Assembly: GCA_034002925.1 (NCBI GenBank)
Contig: JAVEZP010000001.1
Span: 66,523 to 130,522, forward strand
Source of the DNA: Patescibacteria group bacterium
GTDB lineage: Bacteria; Patescibacteriota; Patescibacteriia; Patescibacteriales; UBA12465
Reading direction: 5' to 3'
DNA length: 64,000 nt
Below are positions 27,481 through 38,000 of this stretch, in pieces. Position 1 is the stretch's first letter. The number at the start of each line of letters is the position of its first letter. The notes beneath the pieces were generated by a model that was not told the DNA's origin, searched no databases, and saw nothing but the letters and a program-made list of their open reading frames with translations. The position numbers were made by a program, and so were the translations under genes.

Positions 27481-28590
27481 TTATTTCGGCCTCTCTATTT
27501 GCAAAGGAGTAATAGCGCTTTCACCGCCGCTAATTTTAATAACATCTTTATCAATTTTTTTAAATTCATGATAGGCAGCGTTATAGTGATTAACCGTAGT
27601 TGATAAACTACCTCCTAATTTCTTTAAAAAATCATCATAACTTAAGATATGGCGACCTAATTTCTCAATATTCTTTTTTATCTCTTTAGCGCTTTCTTCA
27701 ATTTGCATAGCCTTTAAACCTTGAAGAACTGTTTGCAGATAAGCCAAGAAAGAAGTAGGAGACACAATAATTACTTTTTTTTCACGAAAAGCATATTCAA
27801 TTAAATCACGAGTATTTACTTTCACATTACCCACTGTATTAACCAATAAATCATAATAAATTGCCTCAGAAGGAATGAACATAAAAGCAAACTCTAAAGT
27901 ACCCATCTCTGGTAAAACATATTTAGAGGTCTCATCAATACGATTTTTTAAATCCTGCTTAAATTGAGCTTCAATTTTTTTTCTTGCCTCTGGCTCACTG
28001 GTGTTAAGTAGACGCTCATAATTCTCTAAAGAGAATTTAGCATCAATAGGGATTAATTTATCTTTCACAAAAACCACCGCATCAACAATTAACTCTTTGC
28101 CTGTTTTTTCATTTTTGCCCAAAGAATATTGTAACTCATATGATTTCGGTGGCAAAACATTCTTTAGCGTCTCTTCTAAATAATATTCACCTAACACCCC
28201 TCTTTGTTTAGGGTTTTTTAAAATATCCTGTAAACTCTGTAACTGCGAAGAAAAATTTACCACCTGTTTATTGGTCTCATCCAGCTTAGCCAAGCGCTCG
28301 GTCACGTCAGCAATTAATTTGGCCGACTGATTACTAATGTCTTGCATTACTTTCGTAGTCTGAGCAAATTGACCCTGGTTAGCCTGATGTGTCTGATTCA
28401 ATTTCCGATCCAATTCCTGTCTTAATTCTGAATTTTGAGCAGATAATTGAGATAGTTTTTCTGATTGTTGCGCCAATACCAACAGAGACTGAGTGTCACT
28501 GTTGCTATTTTTTTGCTTTAATAATAAATAAATTACGCTAATTAAAGCAAAAAAAATGAGTAAGGCTAAAATAATTAATATTGTATCCAT
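27481..28590 (-). CDS. rmuC: DNA recombination protein RmuC
   Basis: N-terminal TM plus coiled coil, KQRGVLGEYYL, PIDAKF, FAFMFIPSE, VSPTS. Confidence 0.9.
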   Translation of the reverse strand: MDTILIILALLIFFALISVIYLLLKQKNSNSDTQSLLVLAQQSEKLSQLSAQNSELRQELDRKLNQTHQANQGQFAQTTKVMQDISNQSAKLIADVTERLAKLDETNKQVVNFSSQLQSLQDILKNPKQRGVLGEYYLEETLKNVLPPKSYELQYSLGKNEKTGKELIVDAVVFVKDKLIPIDAKFSLENYERLLNTSEPEARKKIEAQFKQDLKNRIDETSKYVLPEMGTLEFAFMFIPSEAIYYDLLVNTVGNVKVNTRDLIEYAFREKKVIIVSPTSFLAYLQTVLQGLKAMQIEESAKEIKKNIEKLGRHILSYDDFLKKLGGSLSTTVNHYNAAYHEFKKIDKDVIKISGGESAITPLQIERPK

Positions 28591-28629
28591 ATAATTTCAT
28601 TATAAAGTAATTTAAGGATAAATAATATA

Positions 28630-28686
28630 TTGACTTTTTTCAAATAATATGATATATTAACTAGTTAAAATAATCGTTCTTCACAA
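28630..28686 (+). promoter_or_regulatory. Sigma70 promoter with downstream boxA-like element
   Basis: TTGACT-17-TATATT with TG extension; CGTTCTTCACAA at 28675-28686. Confidence 0.55.
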
Positions 28687-28701
28687 TTTAAAACTCTAGT
28701 A

Positions 28702-29274
28702 ATGAAAGAAATAATCTCTATTATCGCTGGACTTTTCTTTGTTATTGGCTATATCCCTTACATAATAGCTATTTTAAGAAAGAAAACAAAACCCGCTAAA
28801 GCCTCTTGGATTATCTGGGGAACTTTAGATACAATTGTTATTGCTGGAATGATTGCCTCTGATTCTCTTAACGGCCAAATGATAGGAGCAGTTATTGGAG
28901 TTTGGGTAGTTATTATACTATCTCTAAAATATGGCGCTCCTGGTTGGACAAAACTAGATAAACTATGTTTAATTGGAGCAGCCATTGGCATCTTCCTGTG
29001 GCAAATATTTGATAATCCTATCTTAGGGATATTAATTAGCTTAGGAATAACAAGTATAGGATCTATACCTACTTTTATCTCCGCTTGGCGAAACCCAGAA
29101 CGTGAAAACAAATTAGGCTGGACATTTTTTTGGACATCTTGCATCTTTGCTTTATTTGCTATTCCAAAATGGACCCTAGCTAATGCCGCTCAGCCAATTA
29201 TATTTTTTATCATTGAGTCAATTATGATGTATATTTTATATCGAAATATCTTTCATATAAAGGCAAAAAATTAA
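28702..29274 (+). CDS. Multi-pass membrane protein (PQ-loop/SWEET-like duplicated architecture)
   Basis: About 7 hydrophobic segments; IPYIIAILRKKTKP and IPTFISAWRNPERE internal repeat. Confidence 0.65.
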   Translation: MKEIISIIAGLFFVIGYIPYIIAILRKKTKPAKASWIIWGTLDTIVIAGMIASDSLNGQMIGAVIGVWVVIILSLKYGAPGWTKLDKLCLIGAAIGIFLWQIFDNPILGILISLGITSIGSIPTFISAWRNPERENKLGWTFFWTSCIFALFAIPKWTLANAAQPIIFFIIESIMMYILYRNIFHIKAKN

Positions 29275-29284
29275 AAAACTTTCA

Positions 29285-29350
29285 AGCCCTATTTTTAAAT
29301 GATAGGGTTTTTTCTTTAGTAAAAACCGTCCTTAAACAGACGGTTTTTTT
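29285..29350. terminator. Two hairpin terminators between convergent genes
   Basis: agccctat...atagggtttttt and aaaaaccgtc-cttaaaca-gacggtttttt. Confidence 0.7.
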
Positions 29351-29390
29351 CTTTACTAAATGTTTTGTCTTTAGTCTTTAATTAAAGCAA

Positions 29391-31910
29391 CTAGATCCAG
29401 GTAACACTAGCCACCTTATCTTCTCCTGCTTTAAAGCGCATAATTCTTACTCCTTGAGTATCTCGTCCTAACACACTCACTGCTTTAAAAGGAGTTCTAA
29501 TCACTTGACCATATTCGGAGATAATAATTAAATCTCTACTTTCCATAGAATCAGAGTTAACTAAGAAAGCATTAGTTATTTCACCAGTCTTATCTGTCAC
29601 TTTAGCTGTTTTAATACCACTGCCACCGCGACCTTGAACTTTATAGACAGATAAATCGGTCCTCTTGCCATAGCCTTTTGACATGATGGTTAAGATTTGA
29701 TAGTTACGCTTTTTGTCTTTATCAGTTTTAGCGACACCCATACCTACCACTAAGTCTTGCTTGTGTAAACGAATACCATTAACACCAGAGGCATTACGAC
29801 CCATCGCCCTTACATCTGTCTCTTTAAAACGAATAGCCTGTCCATGAGCACTGATCAATTGAATATGATCAGAGCCAGAAGTAGGTTTAGCCCAAATTAA
29901 ACGATCTTCATCTCTAATTTTAATAGCAATTAAACCACTTCTTCTGACATTGCTAAAGGCTGATAATTCTACTTTTTTCACTAAACCTTTCTCTGTCGCA
30001 AAGAAAAGATATTTACTACCAAAAATCTTATCTAAAGGCAAAACCGAAGTAACTTGCTCGCCACTAGTCAGTTGTAAAAAATTAACAATCGAGTTGCCCT
30101 TAGCAATACGAGAAGCTTGAGGAATTTCATGCGCCTTTAATTGAAAAACCCGTCCACGAGTGGTGAAGAATAAAATATCACTATGGGTAAAGGTGGTAAA
30201 CATAAATTCAACTGTATCCTCTTCTTTAGTGGATAAACCAATCACCCCTTTACCGCCTCTAGCTTGTACTTTAAAAGTATCTGGTTCTAAACGCTTAATA
30301 TAGCCATCTCGGGTCATCATCACCATCGTTTCTTCATTAGGCACCAAATCTTCTAAACTAAAATCTTTAACTCCATGAGCTACCACTGATGTTCTTCTAG
30401 GATTATCAAACTTTTCCGTGGCCACTTGTAACTCTTCTTTAATAATTGATCGAATTTTTGCTACTGATTTCAAAATAGCTTCTAATTCTTTAATTAACTT
30501 TTGTTTTTCAGCCCATTCTTGTTCAATCTTCAAGCGCTCCAGATTGGCCAAACTTTGCAACCTCATTTCTAAAATTGCTACTGCTTGACGTTCTGATAAT
30601 TTAAATTTTTTAATCAAATTCACCTTCGCAATCTCTTTATCCTTAGAAGCTTTAATGACTTTAATTACTTCATCAATATTTTTTAAAGCAATAAGCAAAC
30701 CTTCTAAAATATGAGCTCTGTCTTTAGCTTTATCAAGTTCAAACTGAGTGCGTCGACGCACGACCTCTTCACGATGTTTAATATATTCTTCTAAAATCAT
30801 CTTTAGAGTCAAAACTTTTGGTTGAATACCATCAACCAAAGCCAACATATTTACATGAAAAGTAGTTTGCAAGGTAGTATGCTTATATAAAGCATTTAAA
30901 ATCTTTTTAGGATAGGAGTCTTTTTTCAACTCAGCCACAATTCTCACCCCATCTTTATCAGATTCATCTCGCAAAGCTTTAATGCCATCTAGTTTCTTTT
31001 CTTTCACTAGATTAGCAATCTTTTCTACCAAATCCGCCTTATTAACCTGATAAGGAATTTCCGTAATAACAATCTGGAAAGAACCACCTTTCTGCTCTTC
31101 AATTTCTGCTTTGCCTCGTAACACAATGCCGCCTTTGCCGGTTGCATAAGCTGTTAAAATATCTTTATTATTATAAATAATACCCCCTGTTGGAAAATCT
31201 GGGCCTTTTACAAATTGCATTAAATCTTCAATACTAGCCTCAGGATTTTCTAATAAATGATTAATAGCTTGTGATAATTCACCTAAATTATGAGGAGGAA
31301 TATTGGTAGACATGCCAACCGCAATACCCATGGCACCATTAAGTAATAAAGCTGGTAATTTAGCCGGTAAAACAGCTGGTTCTTTATGAGAACCATCATA
31401 ATTAGGAATAAAATTAACTGTATTTTTATCAATATCAAACATCATCTCTTCGGCAATTCCAGCCAATTTTGCCTCAGTATAACGCATAGCGGCCGCACTA
31501 TCCCCATCCATAGAACCAAAATTACCCTGACCACGAACAAAAGGGTAGCGCATAGAAAAATCCTGAGCCATTCTCACCATTGATTCATAAACAGCGCTAT
31601 CACCGTGAGGATGATACTTACCCAAAACTTCACCCACTACCGTAGCTGATTTACGAAATTTAGCATTTGCCTTTAAACCAATGCTCCACATCGCATATAA
31701 AATACGACGATGCACAGGCTTTAAACCATCTCTAACATCTGGCAAAGCTCGTGATACAATCACACTCATGGCATATTCCAGATAAGATCGGCTCATCTCT
31801 TCTACTAACGGTTGATCTTGAACTACGCCAAAATTAGTATGAGATTGGCCTTCCAATAAAACTTTTTCTTCTTGTGGATTATTTTCTTCACTTGTGTTTT
31901 TTTTAGTCAT
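29391..31910 (-). CDS. gyrA: DNA gyrase subunit A
   Basis: [30 protein letters not shown], GyrA-box QARGGKG; start placed at MTKK. Confidence 0.97.
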   Translation of the reverse strand: MTKKNTSEENNPQEEKVLLEGQSHTNFGVVQDQPLVEEMSRSYLEYAMSVIVSRALPDVRDGLKPVHRRILYAMWSIGLKANAKFRKSATVVGEVLGKYHPHGDSAVYESMVRMAQDFSMRYPFVRGQGNFGSMDGDSAAAMRYTEAKLAGIAEEMMFDIDKNTVNFIPNYDGSHKEPAVLPAKLPALLLNGAMGIAVGMSTNIPPHNLGELSQAINHLLENPEASIEDLMQFVKGPDFPTGGIIYNNKDILTAYATGKGGIVLRGKAEIEEQKGGSFQIVITEIPYQVNKADLVEKIANLVKEKKLDGIKALRDESDKDGVRIVAELKKDSYPKKILNALYKHTTLQTTFHVNMLALVDGIQPKVLTLKMILEEYIKHREEVVRRRTQFELDKAKDRAHILEGLLIALKNIDEVIKVIKASKDKEIAKVNLIKKFKLSERQAVAILEMRLQSLANLERLKIEQEWAEKQKLIKELEAILKSVAKIRSIIKEELQVATEKFDNPRRTSVVAHGVKDFSLEDLVPNEETMVMMTRDGYIKRLEPDTFKVQARGGKGVIGLSTKEEDTVEFMFTTFTHSDILFFTTRGRVFQLKAHEIPQASRIAKGNSIVNFLQLTSGEQVTSVLPLDKIFGSKYLFFATEKGLVKKVELSAFSNVRRSGLIAIKIRDEDRLIWAKPTSGSDHIQLISAHGQAIRFKETDVRAMGRNASGVNGIRLHKQDLVVGMGVAKTDKDKKRNYQILTIMSKGYGKRTDLSVYKVQGRGGSGIKTAKVTDKTGEITNAFLVNSDSMESRDLIIISEYGQVIRTPFKAVSVLGRDTQGVRIMRFKAGEDKVASVTWI

Positions 31911-31911
31911 A

Positions 31912-32415
31912 TCAATAAGCAATTTGCGTTATATTTTCACAACCAGGTGGAATGACACATGGTTTAGCTTCGCCGATCATTGGCATACAATTAACATAGG
32001 CTGGGCATGGAGCATTCAAACGAGACTCTAACTCTAGCAACATCTCTGAGCCTAGCCTTTCTTCAGCCGTTAACTCTGCTGAATCTGACGCTTCTGGAAT
32101 GTTCGCTAGTTCAGCTAAATTAGCAGACATTGTTTGCAAAAAAACTTTTTCTTCAGTTTTTATTTGTATATCTTCTACTTGAGAATCTTTTAAATTAGCC
32201 TTCAAAGCATTCATACTCTCATTTAAATCTTCTTGCCAAACTGCAGTTTGATTATTATCTTCTACAATCAAATCATTTAAATTAGCAGAAACAGAAAAGC
32301 GTAAACTAAATAGCCACAAAGCTGCAATTAAAACTGAAAAAAGACCAACTCCGATTTTTAAATAAAATCTTTTTCTCTGCTCATCAACTTGATTTTGTTG
32401 AAAAGATTCAGACAT
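31912..32415 (-). CDS. Membrane-anchored hypothetical protein with C-terminal 4-Cys mini-domain
   Basis: One TM helix; [23 protein letters not shown]. Confidence 0.65.
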   Translation of the reverse strand: MSESFQQNQVDEQRKRFYLKIGVGLFSVLIAALWLFSLRFSVSANLNDLIVEDNNQTAVWQEDLNESMNALKANLKDSQVEDIQIKTEEKVFLQTMSANLAELANIPEASDSAELTAEERLGSEMLLELESRLNAPCPAYVNCMPMIGEAKPCVIPPGCENITQIAY

Positions 32416-32421
32416 AATAAT

Positions 32422-33024
32422 TTATTCTTTGGTGCCATCTAAATTTACATCGTATAAAATAGTTTCAGCCACTAAACGATAACTCATGATTTCTTCTTCT
32501 TTAAACCAGAGAGCTATTTCTCTTTTTGCTTCCTCTACCTCATCGGAACAATGCACTAAATTTCTAACCGCTCTTTCATCACGATTAGCTAGTTCATAAG
32601 AGTCTAAAGTAAGATCACCACGAATAGTGCCCACATCAGAAGTGGTAGGCTCAGTACCCCCAACAATCTTTTTAACTACTCCCACGGCTTGATTACCTTC
32701 CCAAATCATCTGTACTACTGGCCCACAAGACATAAAGTTTACTAGAGCGCGGATAATATCTTTACCATATTCCATCGCTTCTTTTTCAATCGGCATGCCC
32801 ATGTCTTGGCGATTTTTTATAGTAATTTCTCCTTTTTTCTGGAACCAAGCTTCATCTTTATTATAATGCTTCCATAATGTCTCTTCTTGGGCAAGGTTAA
32901 ATTTCATAGCCACTAATTTTAAACCAGCCGATTCAAAACGTTTAATTGTTTCACCAATTAAGCCTCTTTGGATAGTATCAGGTTTTAAAATCACAAAAGT
33001 TCTTTCTTTCTTTGGATGTTGCAT
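32422..33024 (-). CDS. ndk: Nucleoside diphosphate kinase
   Basis: ERTFVILKPD, GTIRGD, RNLVHCSD. Confidence 0.92.
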   Translation of the reverse strand: MQHPKKERTFVILKPDTIQRGLIGETIKRFESAGLKLVAMKFNLAQEETLWKHYNKDEAWFQKKGEITIKNRQDMGMPIEKEAMEYGKDIIRALVNFMSCGPVVQMIWEGNQAVGVVKKIVGGTEPTTSDVGTIRGDLTLDSYELANRDERAVRNLVHCSDEVEEAKREIALWFKEEEIMSYRLVAETILYDVNLDGTKE

Positions 33025-33048
33025 ATAAAAATAATTTAATTAAATAGA

Positions 33049-33696
33049 TTAATATTTCAAAATTACTAACTCCATATCTTCGCTAGGCAGGTCTTTCTTG
33101 CTAATTTTTAACTTTTCTTCATAAGTGGGAGTGATGCCCATTTCTTTAATAAATTTATCCACTCCATCAATATCCTCAATTTTTAAATCATCCGTTTTAT
33201 AATGCATAGGAATAACTATTCTTGGTTCAATTTGAGAAATTACTTCTACCGCCTGTTTAGCATTTAAAGTATATTTACCGCCAACTGGAATTAGAAGAAT
33301 ATCAGTTCCAGCTAATTTTTCTAACTGCGAACTATCTAAAATAGTACCTAAATCACCTAAATGCACTACTGAAATATCATCAATCTCAAAACGAAAAATA
33401 ATATTTTTACCTCTTTCTCCCCCCTCTTTATCATCATGCCAAGAATCAACTCCCTCAATTAAAACATTTTTAATATCATATTCACCAGCACAATCAATTA
33501 CAAAAGGATTGGCCCGTAAAGCTGCTATATTGTTATGATCATAATGATCATGAGAAACAGTCACAATGTCAGCTTCAAAATTAGGCACTTTTAAACCAAT
33601 TTCTTTATTAAAAGGGTCAGTCACTAAAGTAACTCCATCTGGCCCAATTTTATCTTGTAATTTAAAACAAGAATGTCCTTGCCAAGTAATAATCAT
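33049..33696 (-). CDS. MBL-fold metallo-hydrolase (Lactamase_B_3-like)
   Basis: ITWQGHSCF, SHDHYDH, HLGDLG, IPMHY. Confidence 0.9.
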   Translation of the reverse strand: MIITWQGHSCFKLQDKIGPDGVTLVTDPFNKEIGLKVPNFEADIVTVSHDHYDHNNIAALRANPFVIDCAGEYDIKNVLIEGVDSWHDDKEGGERGKNIIFRFEIDDISVVHLGDLGTILDSSQLEKLAGTDILLIPVGGKYTLNAKQAVEVISQIEPRIVIPMHYKTDDLKIEDIDGVDKFIKEMGITPTYEEKLKISKKDLPSEDMELVILKY

Positions 33697-33872
33697 AATT
33701 TTAAAAAGCCATTCTGGGCTCTTTTATTATATCTATATAACAACAAAAAAGGTCCTCCAACCTTGTTTTTATTATATCAAAGAGAATGCTCGCGGTCAAT
33801 TTTATCATCTTTAGCCTATAAAAAACCCGCTATTTGTTAAAAAACAAATAACGGGTAAGCATAACTTAAGAA

Positions 33873-34841
33873 CTAATGACCGACACCGAATATGTCGTCA
33901 AATGATTTAATTCGGATTATTCGGCTATCTGGGACATAATTCCAAACAGTCATTCGACGTAGATTATTTTCATCATTAAAATGCCACGTAACTTTACAAG
34001 CATCTTCATACTTATAAGCTTTAGACATGCGACCAGGACGCAATGGCTTAGACACAGGCATAGAAAATAAGGTAATATCATCCCCAACATTCTTAAAGCG
34101 TACTTTCATATTTGGCAATAAAGAAGCAAAATCGAAAAATTGACTATTATCAATCTCGATTATTTGGTTTGGATCAGTGACCATAAAAATCAATGATTGT
34201 TGTGCTAGAAAAAAAGACTGAGCGGCGCCATCTGCTCCATAGATAATCTCTTTATATATCACATTTAATTCCAAGATTCCCGGACTAACATCTTCAATGG
34301 ATATTAAAGTATCATTTTCTCCAACAACAGCGCCAGTAAAGGCACTACCGACAAACATCAAGTCACCTTTTTTTGATTTGTTAATCACCTGAACTGGAAA
34401 CTTCTCTATTGCAGTGCTTAGTTTTTTAATAATATTGACTTCACCTACTTTTGGGCTATAGTCACCCTGATCAGCACTGTTTTGGTTAGGCTTTTGAGTC
34501 TGTGCTTTATTGGTCTGTTTCGTAGCAGACGCTTGAACTACCGCTGCTTTAGGAGCCTCGGGCAGAAAAAGTTGCCCATTACTCACCTTTACATTATTGG
34601 CGATTTTTTCCACGAATCGCCGTCCTTCTTTATAGCGTACTCTGATGCTCACATTACCGCTCTTGGGTAAATACGGAATGATTTTAGATTCGCCCTGTTT
34701 AATCAGGGTGGGGCCTCCTTTGCCGTCGACAGAGATTTCGATATCCTGCCTAAAACCATGGCTAACCGTGGTCTGGGCCAGTAAGATGGTAGGGGCAATA
34801 AAAATTGCCACAAAAAAAATAAAACCTTTTACGTTTCTCAT
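33873..34841 (-). CDS. Secreted hypothetical protein
   Basis: Signal peptide (…ILLAQ); own promoter (TTGACA-17-TATTAT at 34927-34899) and downstream hairpin at about 33822-33856. Confidence 0.7.
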   Translation of the reverse strand: MRNVKGFIFFVAIFIAPTILLAQTTVSHGFRQDIEISVDGKGGPTLIKQGESKIIPYLPKSGNVSIRVRYKEGRRFVEKIANNVKVSNGQLFLPEAPKAAVVQASATKQTNKAQTQKPNQNSADQGDYSPKVGEVNIIKKLSTAIEKFPVQVINKSKKGDLMFVGSAFTGAVVGENDTLISIEDVSPGILELNVIYKEIIYGADGAAQSFFLAQQSLIFMVTDPNQIIEIDNSQFFDFASLLPNMKVRFKNVGDDITLFSMPVSKPLRPGRMSKAYKYEDACKVTWHFNDENNLRRMTVWNYVPDSRIIRIKSFDDIFGVGH

Positions 34842-35029
34842 GATATTTGATTTTTGTTAATGTTCAGTTTATTATTCTTTACAAAAAAGAATCTTTTTAT
34901 AATATCATATTTTTAATATTGTGTCAATAATAACAAGGCTAAAAACATTTACAACAAATTTTAACTAATATTAAATTAAAAAGAGCTTAAATATATATTT
35001 AAGCTCTTTTAAATATTTTAATTCTTGAA

Positions 35030-38000
35030 TTATTTTAATTCTTTTGTCACATTCGCCAATTTAGATTCATATTGACTTTGTAATTTTTCAATCATTTCTA
35101 AGCTCTGCTCAGGACTCGCTACCGCCGTCGTGCCATCACTCATATCAACAATAGTGACCAATTGTTTTTCATAATCAATGTCAGCTATAAATACAGACTC
35201 GGGCTTCATGCTAGCTGCTAATTCTGCTTCTTTAGCTAAGCTATTTATATCATCAAACACATATAATTTATTACTAATATATTTTAAATCACTAGCACTC
35301 TGCAGATTGTTAGCTTCATAGGTTTTTTGATTAATTACCATTCTATCTAAAAAGCCATCACCATCTTTATCAAAAAATGATTTTTCGCCACCATTATCTG
35401 ACAAAACAGAAAATCCTTTTTCGGAGGTCATAAAGCGCATATCTCCTTTAAAGTCCATTTGATAAAATCTCGCCCCTCTCTCAATTCTTTCTACTTTATT
35501 ATCAAATTTTTTCACAAAGTCAGTAATTTTTGTTAAATAATTTTTACTTTGTTCATTTTTGTTACCTATTATTTCGCTAGATACTGAAACATCAGAAATA
35601 GCATCCTGAGCATCTACTTCCGGCTCTATTATCGGCTCCTGTAAAACAAAAATATTTTCCCCTTCTAAGCCTGTACTATTTAAGGTAAAATCTAAAACTT
35701 CATTATTTTCTTTTAAGACCACTTGATAGCCATCATCTATTACATTTATTTGAGCAATATTATTAAGATCAATATTTGCTAAATTAATTTTATCTACCGT
35801 GCCTTTAGTTAATTTATCTGCAATCAAAAAATTATCTTCTAATTTCCAATTTAAATTCTTAAAAGCATTATTTTCATACAGGCCTTTAAACCAAGGATAG
35901 CTATTAATATCAGCTTGAACTTTAGCATCTATGGTTGGCGCGCTAGCATTAATATGTTCTGCAGTAATATTATCTTGAGCCTCTTTTGCAATAAATTGTT
36001 TATTTTCTAAATTTGTATCTAATGACTCAGTATTTAAACCATTGTCTGTTATAAATTCGCTATTAGACTCTAAATTGAATTTCTCCACTAAGAAATTTTG
36101 AACATCAATTACCGGATTTCCTTTTTCATCAGCTAAAAAACCAGAAATTTCTTCTCCAGCGTCATTAAAAAAGAAATATTGCTCATTGATAGGATCAATA
36201 AATATATCCTCTCCCCCAATCACTGTTTTAACAATATTGTCTCCTACGTAAGTTATTTCTTCTGCCTCTAAAGAAAATTTATCTCCAACCATGGCTAACC
36301 ATTTGTTAAGTGCTACTGGTGAAGCCTCAAGTGATTTAGCATTAGGAATGATAATATCATTAACTACTTGCTCAGAACTAGGACTCGGTTGAAGCACTTC
36401 TTCTGTGAGCACTGAATTTGGAATTGATTCAATTTCAGGTAAAGGATCAAGACGCTCAGTAGTAAGCGCCACCTTTGGCTCTAAACCAGTACCTTGCTCC
36501 ACAGTAACTACAAACGAATCATTAACTTTTTCTAAGACCACTCGATTACCTTCAAATACCATATCTGTTAATTCACCACTATTAGCTAAAGCTTTATTTG
36601 TTTGAATTTCTGCCCATTTGTTCAAAGCATCTTCGTTACCTTCATAACCTAAACTTTCGGCATTACGTAAAAATATTTCTTTAGTTGATCGCCACACTGA
36701 ATCATGTTGTCCTGATTTTAAACCTTCATTACTAATTACATCAGACCAAGAAGACTTTTCAATACTGGGCACTACATTATCTTCATCAAGTGTTGTCACG
36801 GGCTCAATTAACTCAGTACTAATGGTATCATTTATTATTTCTTGAGCCTCCGTTAATTCTGCTTCTGAACCAGATACAACACTCTCGGACACCACATTGT
36901 TCATAGCAACATCTTCTAGACCATCTTGAAATATATGAGAAGATGCGCCATAAGCGGCTGAACCTATGCTGGAAAAAATAGCCCCAGTAAAAGCTCCTTT
37001 TATCATCTGATTAACAATAAATTTTTTTCTTTTTTGATCTAATTTTTTATCTGCTTTATCTTCTAGATGATTTAACAATCTCATTGCTCTGGCTTGAGTC
37101 TCAATTAATGCAACCGAAGAACTATTTTCTAAGTCTGCATCCTCAGAAAAAACATTAAAACCCAAAAGACTCATTTGAGCCTGATTAAGCGTGTTGTAGA
37201 AAGCGATCATATTCTGGCTTCTATCGCTTATAACACCAAAATTAATTAAGCCATCATCAGCTAATCTCTTACTAAAATCTAAACGACGTTGTAAGACGGC
37301 TGATATCTTATTATGCTCTTCCCGTGTAGCAGTGTTATTTAATTGAGCTAAAAGATCTTCTAATTTACGAGTTAGATCTTCAGATTTTAAAGTCTTTCGT
37401 TCTACATTTTTTTGCTCTATTTTTTGCCATTGTAAATCTAATTCTTTAAATCTTTTTTGAGCAGATTCATATAACAACAAATCGTCTGGATGAGCAATAG
37501 TTGACCAATCTTCAAAGCTCATTCGCCCTGTTTTATTTTTAAATTGTTCATTATCAATCTCGCTATATAAAGGTAAAAAAGATTGCAAATCTTTCAAAGC
37601 AGCTTGCCTTTGAGTTAATAGTGGATGAGAAGCTAAATTTTTTTTATCAACAAATTTATCTTTTTCTTTTAATTGTTTATTGGCTCTTTCTTTTCCTCGC
37701 CAAGCACCAATCATAGCAGCAGTTAAAGGAATAGCCGCTGCTCCAGCCGCCACACCAAAAGTATTAATTGCTGCCATAGATAGACCCTGACGACCAGCAA
37801 AGCCACCAGCTAAAAATTTCCAATTATCTTTTGAGGCAACATACTTACCAGCCGCTTTAAAAATACTTTTAAAAATAGATTCTTTCTGTAATGTCTCGCT
37901 CCACTCTCGCTCTAAATTAGGATCAGCAGCAAAAAACTGCATCATATTTAATTTAGCATCAGCATTATATAAATATAAATCAATTTCTTTAGCATGCAAC

